NCBI GenBank assembly: GCA_039802865.1
Contig: JBDRXL010000005.1
Coordinates: forward strand, 6,099 to 70,098
Origin: a candidate division WOR-3 bacterium
GTDB taxonomy: Bacteria; Hydrothermota; Hydrothermia; LBFQ01; DSFT01
Length of the DNA: 64,000 bases
Direction: 5' to 3'
The notes beneath the pieces are model-generated. The model searched no databases. It was not told the origin of the DNA and saw only the letters and a program-made list of their open reading frames with translations. Below, one piece after another: positions 1-9,875 of this stretch; the first letter of the stretch is position 1; every line of letters begins with the position of its first letter. Position numbers and translations under genes: made by a program.

Positions 1-424
1 ATAACCCCCTACTCTTAAACGAGCTATGAACTTTATATATACATTTATCCATTACAACATCAATACCATTATCTGAAAGTAATTTTGCAGCCTCTTCATT
101 TACTATTCCTTCCTGAAGCCATACAAGCTTTGGCTTATGCTTCATTCTTAAAATTTCCTTTGCATGCTCTAATATAAATTCAGACCTTCTAAATATATCT
201 ACAATATCTACAACATCTTCAACTTCATCTATTCTCTTATAAACCTTTCTACCAAGCCATACTTCAAGTTTTGGATTTACAGGTATAACTTCATATCCAT
301 TTGCTAATAAATAACGAGGTATTTTACCAGCAGGCTCAGTTGTATTGTCCTTTAACCCTATTACTGCTATTTTTTTGGAATTTTTTAAATAGTCTAAAAG
401 CTTTTCCTCATCTTGGATAATCAT
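1..424 (-). CDS. CoA-binding protein (YccU-like); runs off the window start
   Basis: Not in the ORF track. Hand translation from ATG at 424: MIIQDEEKLLDYLKNSKKIAVIG...GYEVIPVNP...DIVDIFRRSE...VWLQEGI...VVMDKC, typical family motifs; no stop before base 1. Confidence 0.85.
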   Translation of the reverse strand, partial: MIIQDEEKLLDYLKNSKKIAVIGLKDNTTEPAGKIPRYLLANGYEVIPVNPKLEVWLGRKVYKRIDEVEDVVDIVDIFRRSEFILEHAKEILRMKHKPKLVWLQEGIVNEEAAKLLSDNGIDVVMDKCIYKVHSSFKSRGL

Positions 425-436
425 AATGTTGAAAGT

Positions 437-688
437 TTAAAGGTTAATCTCTTTTATAAGTTTTAAAATGTCTTTTAGCTCTTCTTTAATAGTTTTTGAA
501 GATTTTATTTTTATTTTATCTTTATTTTCAACAATTCGAATAATTTTTTTAATCGTTTCATATGTATAAAATCTTCTATTTCCATATTTTCTATCTGGTT
601 TTATTAACCCCTTCTTTTCCCAATACCTTATTGTTTCAACAGGAACTTTTGTAATTTTAGATACTTCACTGATTTTATAATATCGCAT
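437..688 (-). CDS. MerR-family transcriptional regulator (HTH domain only)
   Basis: YKISEVSKITKVPVETIRYWEKKGLIKP..RRFY MerR helix-turn-helix pattern. Confidence 0.85.
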   Translation of the reverse strand: MRYYKISEVSKITKVPVETIRYWEKKGLIKPDRKYGNRRFYTYETIKKIIRIVENKDKIKIKSSKTIKEELKDILKLIKEINL

Positions 689-746
689 TTTGAAATTTTA
701 AAGGACAAAAAACAAATTAATTTAATACTTTAAAATTTAGAACTTT

Positions 747-1343
747 ATGGAAATTCCAATAATTATTTCTGTTAGTTATTTTCTTGGTTCCATTCCATTT
801 GGATATATTATTGCAAAATTAAAAGGCATAGACATTACAAAATTAGGAAGCGGAAACATTGGAGCTACAAATGTCGGAAGATTTTTAGGAAAAAAATATT
901 TTTTCATTGTTTTATTCTTAGATGCACTAAAAGGATTTTTGCCAGTTATGATATTTAAAAATTTATATGGAATTGATTATGGAATTTTAGCAGGTTTGTT
1001 TGCGGTAATTGGTCATAGTTTTAGTATATTTATGAGATTTAAAGGGGGAAAAGGGGTTGCAACAGGCTTTGGAATTAGCCTTGGGCTAATACCCTTAGAA
1101 ACAATAATTGCTTTTGTAATTTGGTTTATCACTTTATATATATTTAAAATTATGGCTCTTGCTTCAATTATCGGTGCTATAAGTGTATTTATACTTGTTT
1201 TATTTTTTGAAAAGAGTATTATTCTTAAAATTGTAGTAGGATTTTTATCAGCCTTAATAGTTTTTTTACATAGAGGCAATATAGAAAGAATGATAAAAGG
1301 CATTGAACCTAAATTTTATTTTTTTGAGAAAAAAGGAGGTTGA
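747..1343 (+). CDS. plsY: Glycerol-3-phosphate acyltransferase PlsY
   Basis: SYFLGSIPFG, GSGNIGATN, GHSFS..FKGGKGVAT, HRGNIER motifs. Confidence 0.95.
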   Translation: MEIPIIISVSYFLGSIPFGYIIAKLKGIDITKLGSGNIGATNVGRFLGKKYFFIVLFLDALKGFLPVMIFKNLYGIDYGILAGLFAVIGHSFSIFMRFKGGKGVATGFGISLGLIPLETIIAFVIWFITLYIFKIMALASIIGAISVFILVLFFEKSIILKIVVGFLSALIVFLHRGNIERMIKGIEPKFYFFEKKGG

Positions 1344-1346
1344 AAG

Positions 1347-2009
1347 ATGCTAAGGGAAGAAGATAAGAAACTTATAAAGAAACTTTTTGATGAAAAACTA
1401 AAAAATAATGTAAAAATCATCTTCTTTACACAAAATCTCAATTGTGATTATTGCTATGATACAGAAAGGATATTAAATGAGATTTCTGAACTTTCGGATA
1501 AAATAAAAGTTGAAAAATATAATTTTATTACTGATAGCCAAAAGGCAGAAAAATGGAATGTAGATAAAACACCAGCAATTATTATAACAGATGAAGAAGA
1601 GAATATAAAAGGTATTAGATATTTTGGAATTCCAGCTGGATATGAATTTTCTTCCTTAATTGAAGATATAATTATGGTTTCAAGTAATGAAAGTGGTCTT
1701 TCTGAAAGAGTAATAAATAAACTCTCAAAAATACAAAACAAAACTCATATTATGATATTTGTAACACCAACATGTCCATACTGTCCAAGAGCGGTAAGAA
1801 CCGCACATAAATTTGCACTTGAAAATCCAAATATAATATCAGATATGATAGAAGCTATTGAATTTCCAGACTTAGCGGATAGATATTTTGTTCAAGCGGT
1901 TCCAAAAATTGTTATAAACGATAATGTTAGTTTTGAAGGTGCATTACCTGACGAAATGTTTTTAGAATATGTTTTAAAAGCACAGGAGGATAACTATGCC
2001 AGTTCCTAA
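1347..2009 (+). CDS. Protein disulfide oxidoreductase (two thioredoxin folds)
   Basis: CDYC and CPYC motifs, GIPAGYEF, VQAVPK, FEGA; SD aggagg upstream. Confidence 0.9.
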   Translation: MLREEDKKLIKKLFDEKLKNNVKIIFFTQNLNCDYCYDTERILNEISELSDKIKVEKYNFITDSQKAEKWNVDKTPAIIITDEEENIKGIRYFGIPAGYEFSSLIEDIIMVSSNESGLSERVINKLSKIQNKTHIMIFVTPTCPYCPRAVRTAHKFALENPNIISDMIEAIEFPDLADRYFVQAVPKIVINDNVSFEGALPDEMFLEYVLKAQEDNYASS

Positions 2010-2205
2010 GAGGAAAACTGCAAGAAGCGGAAGGAGAGCAAGAAGAGCACATTGGAAAGCATATACCGCAGAATGGACATTTTGTCCAAGATGTCAGGAA
2101 CCTATTTTAACGCATGCAGTTTGTCCACATTGTGGTTATTATAAAGGGAAAAAGTTAATAATTACGAAGGAAGAAAAGAAGATTGAAGAAGAATTAAATA
2201 AATGA
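1996..2205 (+). CDS. rpmF: 50S ribosomal protein L32 (Zn-ribbon type)
   Basis: MPVPKRKT, CPRC..HAVCPHCGYYKG; lies upstream of plsX. Confidence 0.95.
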   Translation: MPVPKRKTARSGRRARRAHWKAYTAEWTFCPRCQEPILTHAVCPHCGYYKGKKLIITKEEKKIEEELNK

Positions 2206-3209
2206 AATTTAAAGTAGCAATTGATGCAATGGGGGCTGATAATGCTCCCGAACCAGAAATCATTGGTTCCATAGAATATATAAAAAACTTTGATGACACT
2301 ATAATTTACTTAATAGGTCCAAAGGATATTATAGAGAAAAAAATTTTCAAAATTTATCATAAGCACTTTAAAAACATTGAAATTTATCATGCTGATGAAG
2401 TAATAAGCACAAACGAGAAACCATCTGATGCCTTAAAATATAAGAAAAATTCAACTATTTCCATAGGTTTAAACTTACATAAAGAGAATATTGTAAATGC
2501 ATTTATATCAGCAGGTCATACAGGAGCGGTTATGGCATTTTCTATATTTACTCTTGGAAGAATACCTAATGTAAAAAGACCCGCTATTGGAGCATTATTT
2601 CCAACACTTGAAGGAAGTAATTTGGTTTTAGATGTAGGAGCAAATGTAGATATATCTCCACAAATATTATTTCAATTTGGAATTCTTGGAGCTACATTTT
2701 ATTCAATAATATTTAATAAACCAAATCCAAAAGTTGGAATTTTATCTATTGGAGAGGAAGAAGTTAAAGGAAATCAAGTTGTTTTGGAAGCAAGAAAATT
2801 ATTTGAAAATAGTGATTTGAATTTTATAGGTTTTGTTGAAGGACATGAAATTTTATCAAATAAGGCAGATGTTATTGTAATGGATGGTTTTGTTGGAAAT
2901 ACATTATTAAAATTTGGAGAAAGTGTATTTTTCTCATTAATTAGAATGTTAAAAAAGGAAGTTAAGAAAAATCCAATACATTTATTAGGAGCATTTTTAA
3001 TGAAAGGGGCATTTGAAAGTATTAAAAAACATGCGGATTTTGAGGAATATGGAGGAGCACCACTACTTGGGGTTAATGGAAATGTAATAATATGTCATGG
3101 GAGGTCCTCTTATAGAGCAATTTATAATGCTATCAATGTTTCTAAAAAATTATATCAAAGCAAACTTATTGAGAAAATAACAGAGAAAATTAATAGCTTT
3201 AAAATTTAA
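2202..3209 (+). CDS. plsX: Phosphate acyltransferase PlsX
   Basis: VAIDAMGAD, SAGHTGA, RPAI, LDVGAN, DGFVGN, GGAPLLG, CHGRS. Confidence 0.95.
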   Translation: MKFKVAIDAMGADNAPEPEIIGSIEYIKNFDDTIIYLIGPKDIIEKKIFKIYHKHFKNIEIYHADEVISTNEKPSDALKYKKNSTISIGLNLHKENIVNAFISAGHTGAVMAFSIFTLGRIPNVKRPAIGALFPTLEGSNLVLDVGANVDISPQILFQFGILGATFYSIIFNKPNPKVGILSIGEEEVKGNQVVLEARKLFENSDLNFIGFVEGHEILSNKADVIVMDGFVGNTLLKFGESVFFSLIRMLKKEVKKNPIHLLGAFLMKGAFESIKKHADFEEYGGAPLLGVNGNVIICHGRSSYRAIYNAINVSKKLYQSKLIEKITEKINSFKI

Positions 3210-3212
3210 AAT

Positions 3213-4136
3213 ATGCTAAATTTAAAAGATGAAATTATAAAACTGAAAAAGAAATTAAATGCGGTTATTTTAGCACATAATTACCAAATTCCTGATGTTC
3301 AAGATGTAGCAGACTTTGTAGGAGATAGCTTAGAATTATCAAGAAAAGCGAGTGAAACAAATGCAGATATTATTGTATTTTGTGGAGTTATGTTTATGGC
3401 AGAAACTGCAAAGATATTAAATAAGAATAAAAAGGTATTAATTCCAGATTTAAATGCTGGTTGTTCCTTAGCAGATTCAATAAATTTAGAACAACTAAGA
3501 AATTGGAAGAAAGAGCATCCAGATGCGGTAGTGGTATGTTATATAAATACAAGTGCAGAAGTTAAAACAGAATGTGATTATTGTTGCACATCTTCAAATG
3601 CTATAAAAGTTATAAATTCAATTCCAGAAGATAAGGAAATTTTATTCTTACCAGATATGTATCTTGGAATGTGGATTAAAAGACAAACAAAAAGAAATAA
3701 TATACATATATGGCCTGGCGAATGCCATGTCCATGCGGGTTTTAAATATGAGGATTTAGTTAATAAGATGAAAGAACATCCAGATGCAGAAGTTATGCTA
3801 CACCCAGAATGTGGTTGCACTACTCAATGCTTATATTATTCTAATGGAAATTTAAAAGTTTTATCTACAAGTGGAATGATTAGAAATGCAAAGGAAAGTC
3901 CATATAAAAAATTTATTGTAGTTACAGAAACTGGAATTTTATATCCCTTAAAGAAAGCAAATCCTGAAAAGGAATTTATACCAGCAGATGAAAACGCTGT
4001 TTGTAAATATATGAAAATGATAACACTTGAAAAGGTTTATGAATCACTATTAGAGCTTAAATATGAAGTTGTTTTAAGTGAAGAAGTGATAGAAAAGGCT
4101 TATATACCAATCAAAAGAATGCTTGAAATAAACTAA
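3213..4136 (+). CDS. nadA: Quinolinate synthase
   Basis: LAHNYQ, GDSLEL, CGVMFMAE, GCSLA, YINTS, CHVH, HPEC, CKYMK. Confidence 0.95.
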   Translation: MLNLKDEIIKLKKKLNAVILAHNYQIPDVQDVADFVGDSLELSRKASETNADIIVFCGVMFMAETAKILNKNKKVLIPDLNAGCSLADSINLEQLRNWKKEHPDAVVVCYINTSAEVKTECDYCCTSSNAIKVINSIPEDKEILFLPDMYLGMWIKRQTKRNNIHIWPGECHVHAGFKYEDLVNKMKEHPDAEVMLHPECGCTTQCLYYSNGNLKVLSTSGMIRNAKESPYKKFIVVTETGILYPLKKANPEKEFIPADENAVCKYMKMITLEKVYESLLELKYEVVLSEEVIEKAYIPIKRMLEIN

Positions 4137-4139
4137 GTT

Positions 4140-4901
4140 ATGGAAGGCTCGTTAAGTAGTAAATTGAAATTCGCTATTAAAATACTTGGAAATTTAGGAG
4201 AAATCAAAAAGGTTGAAGATGTAATTGAAAATGTCATAAATTTAAAAGATAAAAGTGTTTTAAGGGTTATGAAACCAAGAGCAGATATTATTACATTAAA
4301 AGAAAATATGCTCCTTTCAGATGCCTATGAAATTATTAAAAAATATAATTATACAAAATTTCCCGTTATAGATGAAGAAGGAAACTTCATAGGAATATTT
4401 TACATAAGAGATTTTATTAGAAATTTAGATAAAATGTATGAATTGACAGTCAGGAAATTAACAAAACCACCTGTTTATATTCCATATAATTACAATATAT
4501 TTCAAGCAATTGAATTTTTGAGAGAAAAGCGAATATCTATTGCTCTTGTAATAGATGAGCATGGAACTGTAATTGGTATGGTAACAATGGAAGATTTAGT
4601 TGAAGAAATTGTAGGAGATATTAAGGGGGAATATGAAACTTCAAATATAATAAAAATTTCAGAAGAAGAATATAAAATTGCAGGCAATATCTCCATAGAT
4701 GAATTTTTGGAATTTTTGAAAGAAAAATTTAACATACAAATAAGTATAGAAGATGATATTAATACATTATCAGGATTTATTATGAGAAAAATTAAGAAGA
4801 TGCCAAAAATTGGTGATAAAATCAAAATAGGACATTTATTGCTTGAAATTATTGAAGTTGAAGGATATAGAATTAAATTTGTAAGGCTTAAAAAGTTATG
4901 A
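4140..4901 (+). CDS. CBS-pair plus CorC/HlyC-domain protein without transmembrane region
   Basis: VMKPRADI, ALVIDEHG..IGMVTMEDLVEEIVGDI, TLSGFI. Confidence 0.85.
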   Translation: MEGSLSSKLKFAIKILGNLGEIKKVEDVIENVINLKDKSVLRVMKPRADIITLKENMLLSDAYEIIKKYNYTKFPVIDEEGNFIGIFYIRDFIRNLDKMYELTVRKLTKPPVYIPYNYNIFQAIEFLREKRISIALVIDEHGTVIGMVTMEDLVEEIVGDIKGEYETSNIIKISEEEYKIAGNISIDEFLEFLKEKFNIQISIEDDINTLSGFIMRKIKKMPKIGDKIKIGHLLLEIIEVEGYRIKFVRLKKL

Positions 4902-5911
4902 TATTAGCAATTTTAAATTTTTTACTTTCAATAATCGCCACATATGTAGTTATAAAAATTTCACATAAATTTAAAATTTATGATTATCCAAATGGAAGAA
5001 AACTTCATAAGGAACCAATTCCAAGAATAGGAGGAATAGGATTTTTAATTCCTATAATTATTTCAACAATTATTTTAACGGATATATTTGAAAAATGGAC
5101 ACTTTTTACAATTGCTATAATGCTTATTATTATTGAAGGACTTCTTGATGACTTTATTAATTTGCATTTTTCACAAAAATTATTATTTGAATTTTTTTGT
5201 GCAAGTTTTATATTTTTATCAGGTTATGGGGTAAAGACAATTGGATTTGATATTATTTTACATCCTGCTATTGCCCTTATCATTACAATTATAGGTTTTG
5301 TGGGGGTTATAAATGCTTTTAATATGCTTGATGGGTTAGATGGAGAGCTTAGTATAATTAGCATTATTATATTTTCAACATTTGCTTATTTCTTCTATAT
5401 AACGTCAAACAAAGAGATGTTTGAGCTTTCAATTTGTATTATTTTTGCTCTTCTTGGATTTCTTATATTTAATTTTCCAAATGCAAAAGCATTTATGGGA
5501 GATGTAGGAGCATTAAGTCTTGGATTTTTAGCGGCATCATTTTCGGTATTTTTAACACAAGGTGGATCTTCACATATACCTCCAATTGTTCCAGTAATTA
5601 TACTTTCTATTCCCATATTTGATACACTCTGGACTATGATAAAAAGAGTAATAGATAAATATCCAATTTTTTATTCAGATAAAAGGCATATTCATCACAT
5701 TTTATATAATAGATTTGGGAAATTGAAAGCGGTTTTAATTATTTCTTTATTACAATTAATTTTTAGTCTTTTGGCAATTTTTACCTATAAATTAAATGAG
5801 ATTTATTTATGGCTTATTGCTATAATCTGCTTTATAATAGTAGGAGTTGCTCGATATGAAAAAAGTTATAATTTATGGGTTTGGAGAAGCTGGAAAGCAA
5901 ATAGCAGATGA
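4898..5911 (+). CDS. MraY/WecA-family undecaprenyl-phosphate sugar-1-phosphate transferase
   Basis: D.PNGRKLHKEPIPRIGG, GLLDD, NAFNMLDGLDG, FMGDVG, DKRHIHH. Confidence 0.9.
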   Translation: MILAILNFLLSIIATYVVIKISHKFKIYDYPNGRKLHKEPIPRIGGIGFLIPIIISTIILTDIFEKWTLFTIAIMLIIIEGLLDDFINLHFSQKLLFEFFCASFIFLSGYGVKTIGFDIILHPAIALIITIIGFVGVINAFNMLDGLDGELSIISIIIFSTFAYFFYITSNKEMFELSICIIFALLGFLIFNFPNAKAFMGDVGALSLGFLAASFSVFLTQGGSSHIPPIVPVIILSIPIFDTLWTMIKRVIDKYPIFYSDKRHIHHILYNRFGKLKAVLIISLLQLIFSLLAIFTYKLNEIYLWLIAIICFIIVGVARYEKSYNLWVWRSWKANSR

Positions 5912-7103
5912 TATAATAAATAAAAGAAGTTATGAAATTATAGGTTTTTTAGATGATGATAAAAACAAAATTAATTTAGATTATAAAGGATTTAAAGTTC
6001 TTGGAGATATAAATAAATTAGAAGAACTAATTAAAAATCAAAAAATTGATACATTAATAATTGCTATGCCATCTGCAAGCATTGAAAGAATTAGAGAAAT
6101 TGAGCTTATAGCTCTTAAAAATAAAATTACTGACATAAAAATTATTCCAAAACATTATGTAAAAGAGGAAAAAGTGTATTTAAAGCACATCGTTGAAATT
6201 GATATACTTGATATATTTAATAAACGAGAGGTTTCCATAGATTATGAAAAATTAAAAAGTTTTTATAAAAACAAAGTAATTTTAATAACAGGGGGAGCAG
6301 GAACAATTGGCTCAATTTTATCAAGAGAGCTTTTAAATTTTGAAATTAAAAAAGTTATTCTTATGGATATAGATGAAACAAGATTATATGATTTAGAAAT
6401 TGAATTGGATGATAAAAGGGTTGAAATTTATCTTGGAGATATTACAGATGATTATTGTTTAAATGAGGTTTTTAAAGAGGAAATTGATATTGTATTTCAT
6501 ACCGCAGCTTATAAACATGTTCCTATACTTGAGAAATTCAGATATATGGCACATAAAACAAATGTTATAGGAACAAAAAAATTAGTGGATTATTCAAAAA
6601 GGCACAATATTAAAAAATTTATATTCATATCAACAGATAAAGCTGTTGAACCTATCAGTATTATGGGAAAAACAAAAAAAATAGCAGAAAATTATGTAAT
6701 TGAAAATAATTATACTGCTATAAGGTTTGGAAATGTTATAAATTCAAGAGGAAGTTTAATCCCTACTATTTTAAAACAAATTCAAAAAGGTTATGTAAAA
6801 ATTACACATAAGGATGCCAAAAGATATTTTATAACACCCAAAGAAGCAATATTGCTTATTTTAAGCTCAGCAGTTATTTCAAAAGGAGGAGATATTTTCG
6901 TTATAGATATGGGAGAGCCTATAAATATCAAAAATTTAATAGAAGATTTAATAAGAGCACTTGGATATAAGCCATATGAGGATATTAAAGTTATATTTAC
7001 AAATCTAAGAGATGGTGAAAAAGTTGAAGAAAAACTAATAGAAGAAAATGAAAATTTAGAAAAAACGGAAATTGAATTTATTTATAAAGTTGTTAAAGTA
7101 TAG
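5856..7103 (+). CDS. Polysaccharide biosynthesis nucleoside-diphosphate sugar dehydratase/epimerase (CapD/PglF-like)
   Basis: IYGFGEAG, TGGAGTIGS, HTAAYKHVP, ISTDKAV, RFGNV..SRGS, LRDGEKVEE; ATG 5856 preferred over the track start 5847. Confidence 0.88.
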   Translation: MKKVIIYGFGEAGKQIADDIINKRSYEIIGFLDDDKNKINLDYKGFKVLGDINKLEELIKNQKIDTLIIAMPSASIERIREIELIALKNKITDIKIIPKHYVKEEKVYLKHIVEIDILDIFNKREVSIDYEKLKSFYKNKVILITGGAGTIGSILSRELLNFEIKKVILMDIDETRLYDLEIELDDKRVEIYLGDITDDYCLNEVFKEEIDIVFHTAAYKHVPILEKFRYMAHKTNVIGTKKLVDYSKRHNIKKFIFISTDKAVEPISIMGKTKKIAENYVIENNYTAIRFGNVINSRGSLIPTILKQIQKGYVKITHKDAKRYFITPKEAILLILSSAVISKGGDIFVIDMGEPINIKNLIEDLIRALGYKPYEDIKVIFTNLRDGEKVEEKLIEENENLEKTEIEFIYKVVKV

Positions 7104-7827
7104 AATAACCCCCATCTGCTACAATTACTTGACCCGTTATAAGACTTGAATCTTCCGATGCTAAGAAAACTACGATTTTTGCTATTTCTTCGGGTTTTCC
7201 CCACCTACCTATAGGCATAGCTTGTTTTATACGCTCAATTATTGTAGTATCAAGAATCTGTGTTCCGGGTGTTTCAACAGGACCTGGTGCAATTGCATTA
7301 ACATAAATACCATATTGAGCAACTTCTAAGGCTAATGCCCTTGTAAAACCTACAATACCTGCTTTTGTTGCACAATAATGAGTTAAATTTGGAAAACCTA
7401 TAAAAGTGCCAGCTATGGAAGATATATTTATAATTTTCCCATATTTCTGGATTTTCATATATGGTAAAACCGCTTTTGTGCAATTAAAAACTCCTTTTAA
7501 ATTAATTTGAATTACTTTATCCCATTCCTCTTCTGTCATTTCATCAAAACTTTTAAACGGATATATTCCTGCATTATTTACTAATATATCAACTCTTCCA
7601 AACCTTTCCCAAACTTCCTTAACTACACTTTGAACTTCTTGATAATTTGCTACATCAAGCTTAAAATATAATGCATTTTCTCCAATTTCCAAGGCAACAT
7701 CTTTTTCCTTTCCAGAAACATCCGTAACTACTACTTTTGCTCCTTCCTCAGCGAGGCTTATTGCAATAGATTTACCTATTCCTTGTCCTGCACCTGTTAC
7801 AATAGCAACCCTATCTTTTAATTTCAT
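7093..7827 (-). CDS. SDR oxidoreductase (FabG-like)
   Basis: TGAGQGIG, NNAG, YCATK (YxxxK), NAIAPG. Confidence 0.9.
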   Translation of the reverse strand: MKLKDRVAIVTGAGQGIGKSIAISLAEEGAKVVVTDVSGKEKDVALEIGENALYFKLDVANYQEVQSVVKEVWERFGRVDILVNNAGIYPFKSFDEMTEEEWDKVIQINLKGVFNCTKAVLPYMKIQKYGKIINISSIAGTFIGFPNLTHYCATKAGIVGFTRALALEVAQYGIYVNAIAPGPVETPGTQILDTTIIERIKQAMPIGRWGKPEEIAKIVVFLASEDSSLITGQVIVADGGYSIL

Positions 7828-7830
7828 AGG

Positions 7831-7922
7831 CGGAGAGGGAGGGATTTGAACCCTCGTCCCAACCTTTTAAGTTGGGAAAAGGCTTAGCAAGCCCCCGCCT
7901 TCGACCGCTCGGCCACCTCTCC
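7831..7922 (-). tRNA. tRNA-Ser(GCT), long variable arm, CCA not encoded
   Basis: Minus strand folds as GGAGAGG/CCTCTCC acceptor, GGGGC-TTGCTAA-GCCTT anticodon arm, CCCAAC/GTTGGG variable arm, GAGGG-TTCAAAT-CCCTC T arm, discriminator G. Confidence 0.93.
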
Positions 7923-7928
7923 GCAATA

Positions 7929-8014
7929 CGGAGGGGAGGGGACTCGAACCCCTAAGGGACCTAAGTCCCAACGGATTTCAAATCCGCCGCCTTACCAATT
8001 CGGCACACCCCTCC
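7929..8014 (-). tRNA. tRNA-Ser(TGA), long variable arm, CCA not encoded
   Basis: GGAGGGG/CCCCTCC acceptor, GCGGA-TTTGAAA-TCCGT anticodon arm, GGGAC/GTCCC variable arm, AGGGG-TTCGAGT-CCCCT T arm. Confidence 0.9.
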
Positions 8015-8019
8015 GATAG

Positions 8020-8038
8020 TTTTAAAATTTTAAAGCTT
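8020..8038 (-). repeat. Direct repeat copy containing a -10 box (tRNA-Ser promoter); partner at 9859-9877
   Basis: ttttaaaattttaaagctt vs ttttaaaattttaaggctt, 18/19 identical; the motif also resembles the genome-wide promoter consensus. Confidence 0.45.
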
Positions 8039-8040
8039 AT

Positions 8041-8653
8041 TCACCTTTTTATTTTACCTTTTGCTAATAGTGCATCTTTTATATATAGTTCTCTATTGCT
8101 AGCATTAAATTCATGTTTAACTTGAACTAAAAGCTTTTCCAAAGTATAAATTTGCCATGAAACTGGAATAAAAGCTTTTTTCCCTTTTCTCGTTTCCATA
8201 TCAAGTTCAAAACTCATTAGTAGGTGATAAGCATCCTTTGTTATTTTTGGATCCTTGGATGGTGAAAGAAAAAAGGTTCTAAAACTTTGGTTTTTTGTTA
8301 ACTTACTATAGGTTTTACAATCTAAGTACACCACAATTCCATTATCTCCCAATATTTCTATATCTGGGTATCCTGCTGTCTTTTTCTTGCCACTTCTAGA
8401 AATAGGTCTGTCCGCCTTTAATCCCACCTTTCTCAGTGCTTCTATAACAAAAGGCTCAATATGGTTACCTGCTTCATTCGGTCTTTTTGTAAAAATTCCC
8501 TCCTTATAAGCGTTCTGACCAGCAATAGTAGCAGCCTTTGATAATTTCTCCAACAGCACTTTATTTCGCTTAATAGTAAGTGCCTTCCAGAGGTTCCAAA
8601 AATTTGCTAATAACACTTTCCAGTTGTCTAATATAATTTTCTTTATAGCTCAT
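8041..8653 (-). pseudogene. Frameshifted type II restriction endonuclease (PD-(D/E)xK)
   Basis: ATG 8653 reads MSYKENYIRQLESVISKFLEPLEGTYY to a stop at 8570. The body (track ORF 8041-8616) is in another frame and has GYPDIE...YLDCKT. Directly downstream of an MTase. Confidence 0.7.
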
Positions 8654-8657
8654 AACC

Positions 8658-9857
8658 CTACCTCCTTATCTTTTGAAAAATTAAAATATTTTCTTTCTGC
8701 ATTACATTATAAAGTCCAAAGATAATTTTATTTATGTTTCTAATTAACCTAAACCCTATTTTTTCAGCATATTCAATTACAAACTCAACAGTTTTAACTT
8801 CTTGACCCATATAAGTAGCATTTCCAATAATAATAACTGCATACTTACTAGGTTTAAGAACTCTAAACATTTCGCTTAAACTTTTTTTCATATCTTCATT
8901 ATATAAATCTATTCTTTCTTTACCTTTACCCCTAACGCCAATAAATTTTTCTCTAAGCATAGATAAATTATAACCGAGTTCTCTTAAAGCATGTGCATCA
9001 TTTGAAACATAATCCAAAGCAACAGAATAAGGTGGAGAAGTAATTATCCCATCAATACTTTCATCTTCAAAAGGTAGTTTTCTTGCATCTCCAAGTCTTA
9101 TATCTACTTTACCTAGTTTCAAATTAAGCTCATTTACTAAATCAAAGTAATCCAATACAGAAGCTATCATCATCTCCAAATTCTTTAAAAATGAGATATA
9201 AAATTCTTTTTTTCTTCTAACATTATCACTTATAGCAACAAGTTTTGCCATCTTATAGAAATTTCTCACTCTCTCTTCAGGGATTGAGTTAATAATATCT
9301 TCGATAGCTTTTTCATCTTTATTAAATAAAGAAGTTTTTATTGTTTTAAATATATTCTCTTTCCACTCTATTATTTTTGCTAAAACATACACCGACTCAG
9401 TTTTTACCCTACTTTGAAGAACACAAAGAGGGGATATATCAACTCCTATACAATTTATTCCCAAAAGTTGGGCTTCAATAGCAGTTGTTCCACTACCAAT
9501 AAATGGGTCAAGAATAGTATCTCCCTCCTTAAGCCCAATAATATTCAAAAGCGCCCTTATCATCTGAGGATGAAACTTTCCCTTATAAGGATATATCCAA
9601 TGAGTAAGATATTGATTCACAGAACGTGTTCTATTTTTTTGAATAATATAAAAATAATCAGTAAATTCACCATTCACAGATTTAAAATATGCTAATCTTT
9701 TTCTAAGCTCACTACCATCATTCACTTTTAATAATTTAAATTCTCTTAAACCATCCGTTATTTCAAATTCTACTCCAAAAGACTTCAATTCGAGTTGAGC
9801 CAATGATAACTCATAAATAAACTGAACATTATCAAAAAGAATTAAGTGATTGTTCAT
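8658..9857 (-). CDS. DNA methyltransferase, probably N4-cytosine
   Basis: HWIYPYKGKFHPQM, motif I DPFIGSGTT, motif IV ITSPPY. Confidence 0.88.
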   Translation of the reverse strand: MNNHLILFDNVQFIYELSLAQLELKSFGVEFEITDGLREFKLLKVNDGSELRKRLAYFKSVNGEFTDYFYIIQKNRTRSVNQYLTHWIYPYKGKFHPQMIRALLNIIGLKEGDTILDPFIGSGTTAIEAQLLGINCIGVDISPLCVLQSRVKTESVYVLAKIIEWKENIFKTIKTSLFNKDEKAIEDIINSIPEERVRNFYKMAKLVAISDNVRRKKEFYISFLKNLEMMIASVLDYFDLVNELNLKLGKVDIRLGDARKLPFEDESIDGIITSPPYSVALDYVSNDAHALRELGYNLSMLREKFIGVRGKGKERIDLYNEDMKKSLSEMFRVLKPSKYAVIIIGNATYMGQEVKTVEFVIEYAEKIGFRLIRNINKIIFGLYNVMQKENILIFQKIRR

Positions 9858-9875
9858 ATTTTAAAATTTTAAGGC

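Noticed and set aside
7958-7990. Plus-strand ACGGA-TTTCAAA-TCCGC read as a TCA (selenocysteine) anticodon
   Set aside because: T-loop and D-loop orientation place the tRNA on the minus strand, where the anticodon is TGA (Ser); the acceptor stem is 7 bp.
7831-9857. tRNA-Ser 3' end as an integrase att site for the adjacent R-M cassette
   Set aside because: The cassette lies 5' of the tRNAs, no duplicated tRNA 3' fragment was found and no integrase is present.
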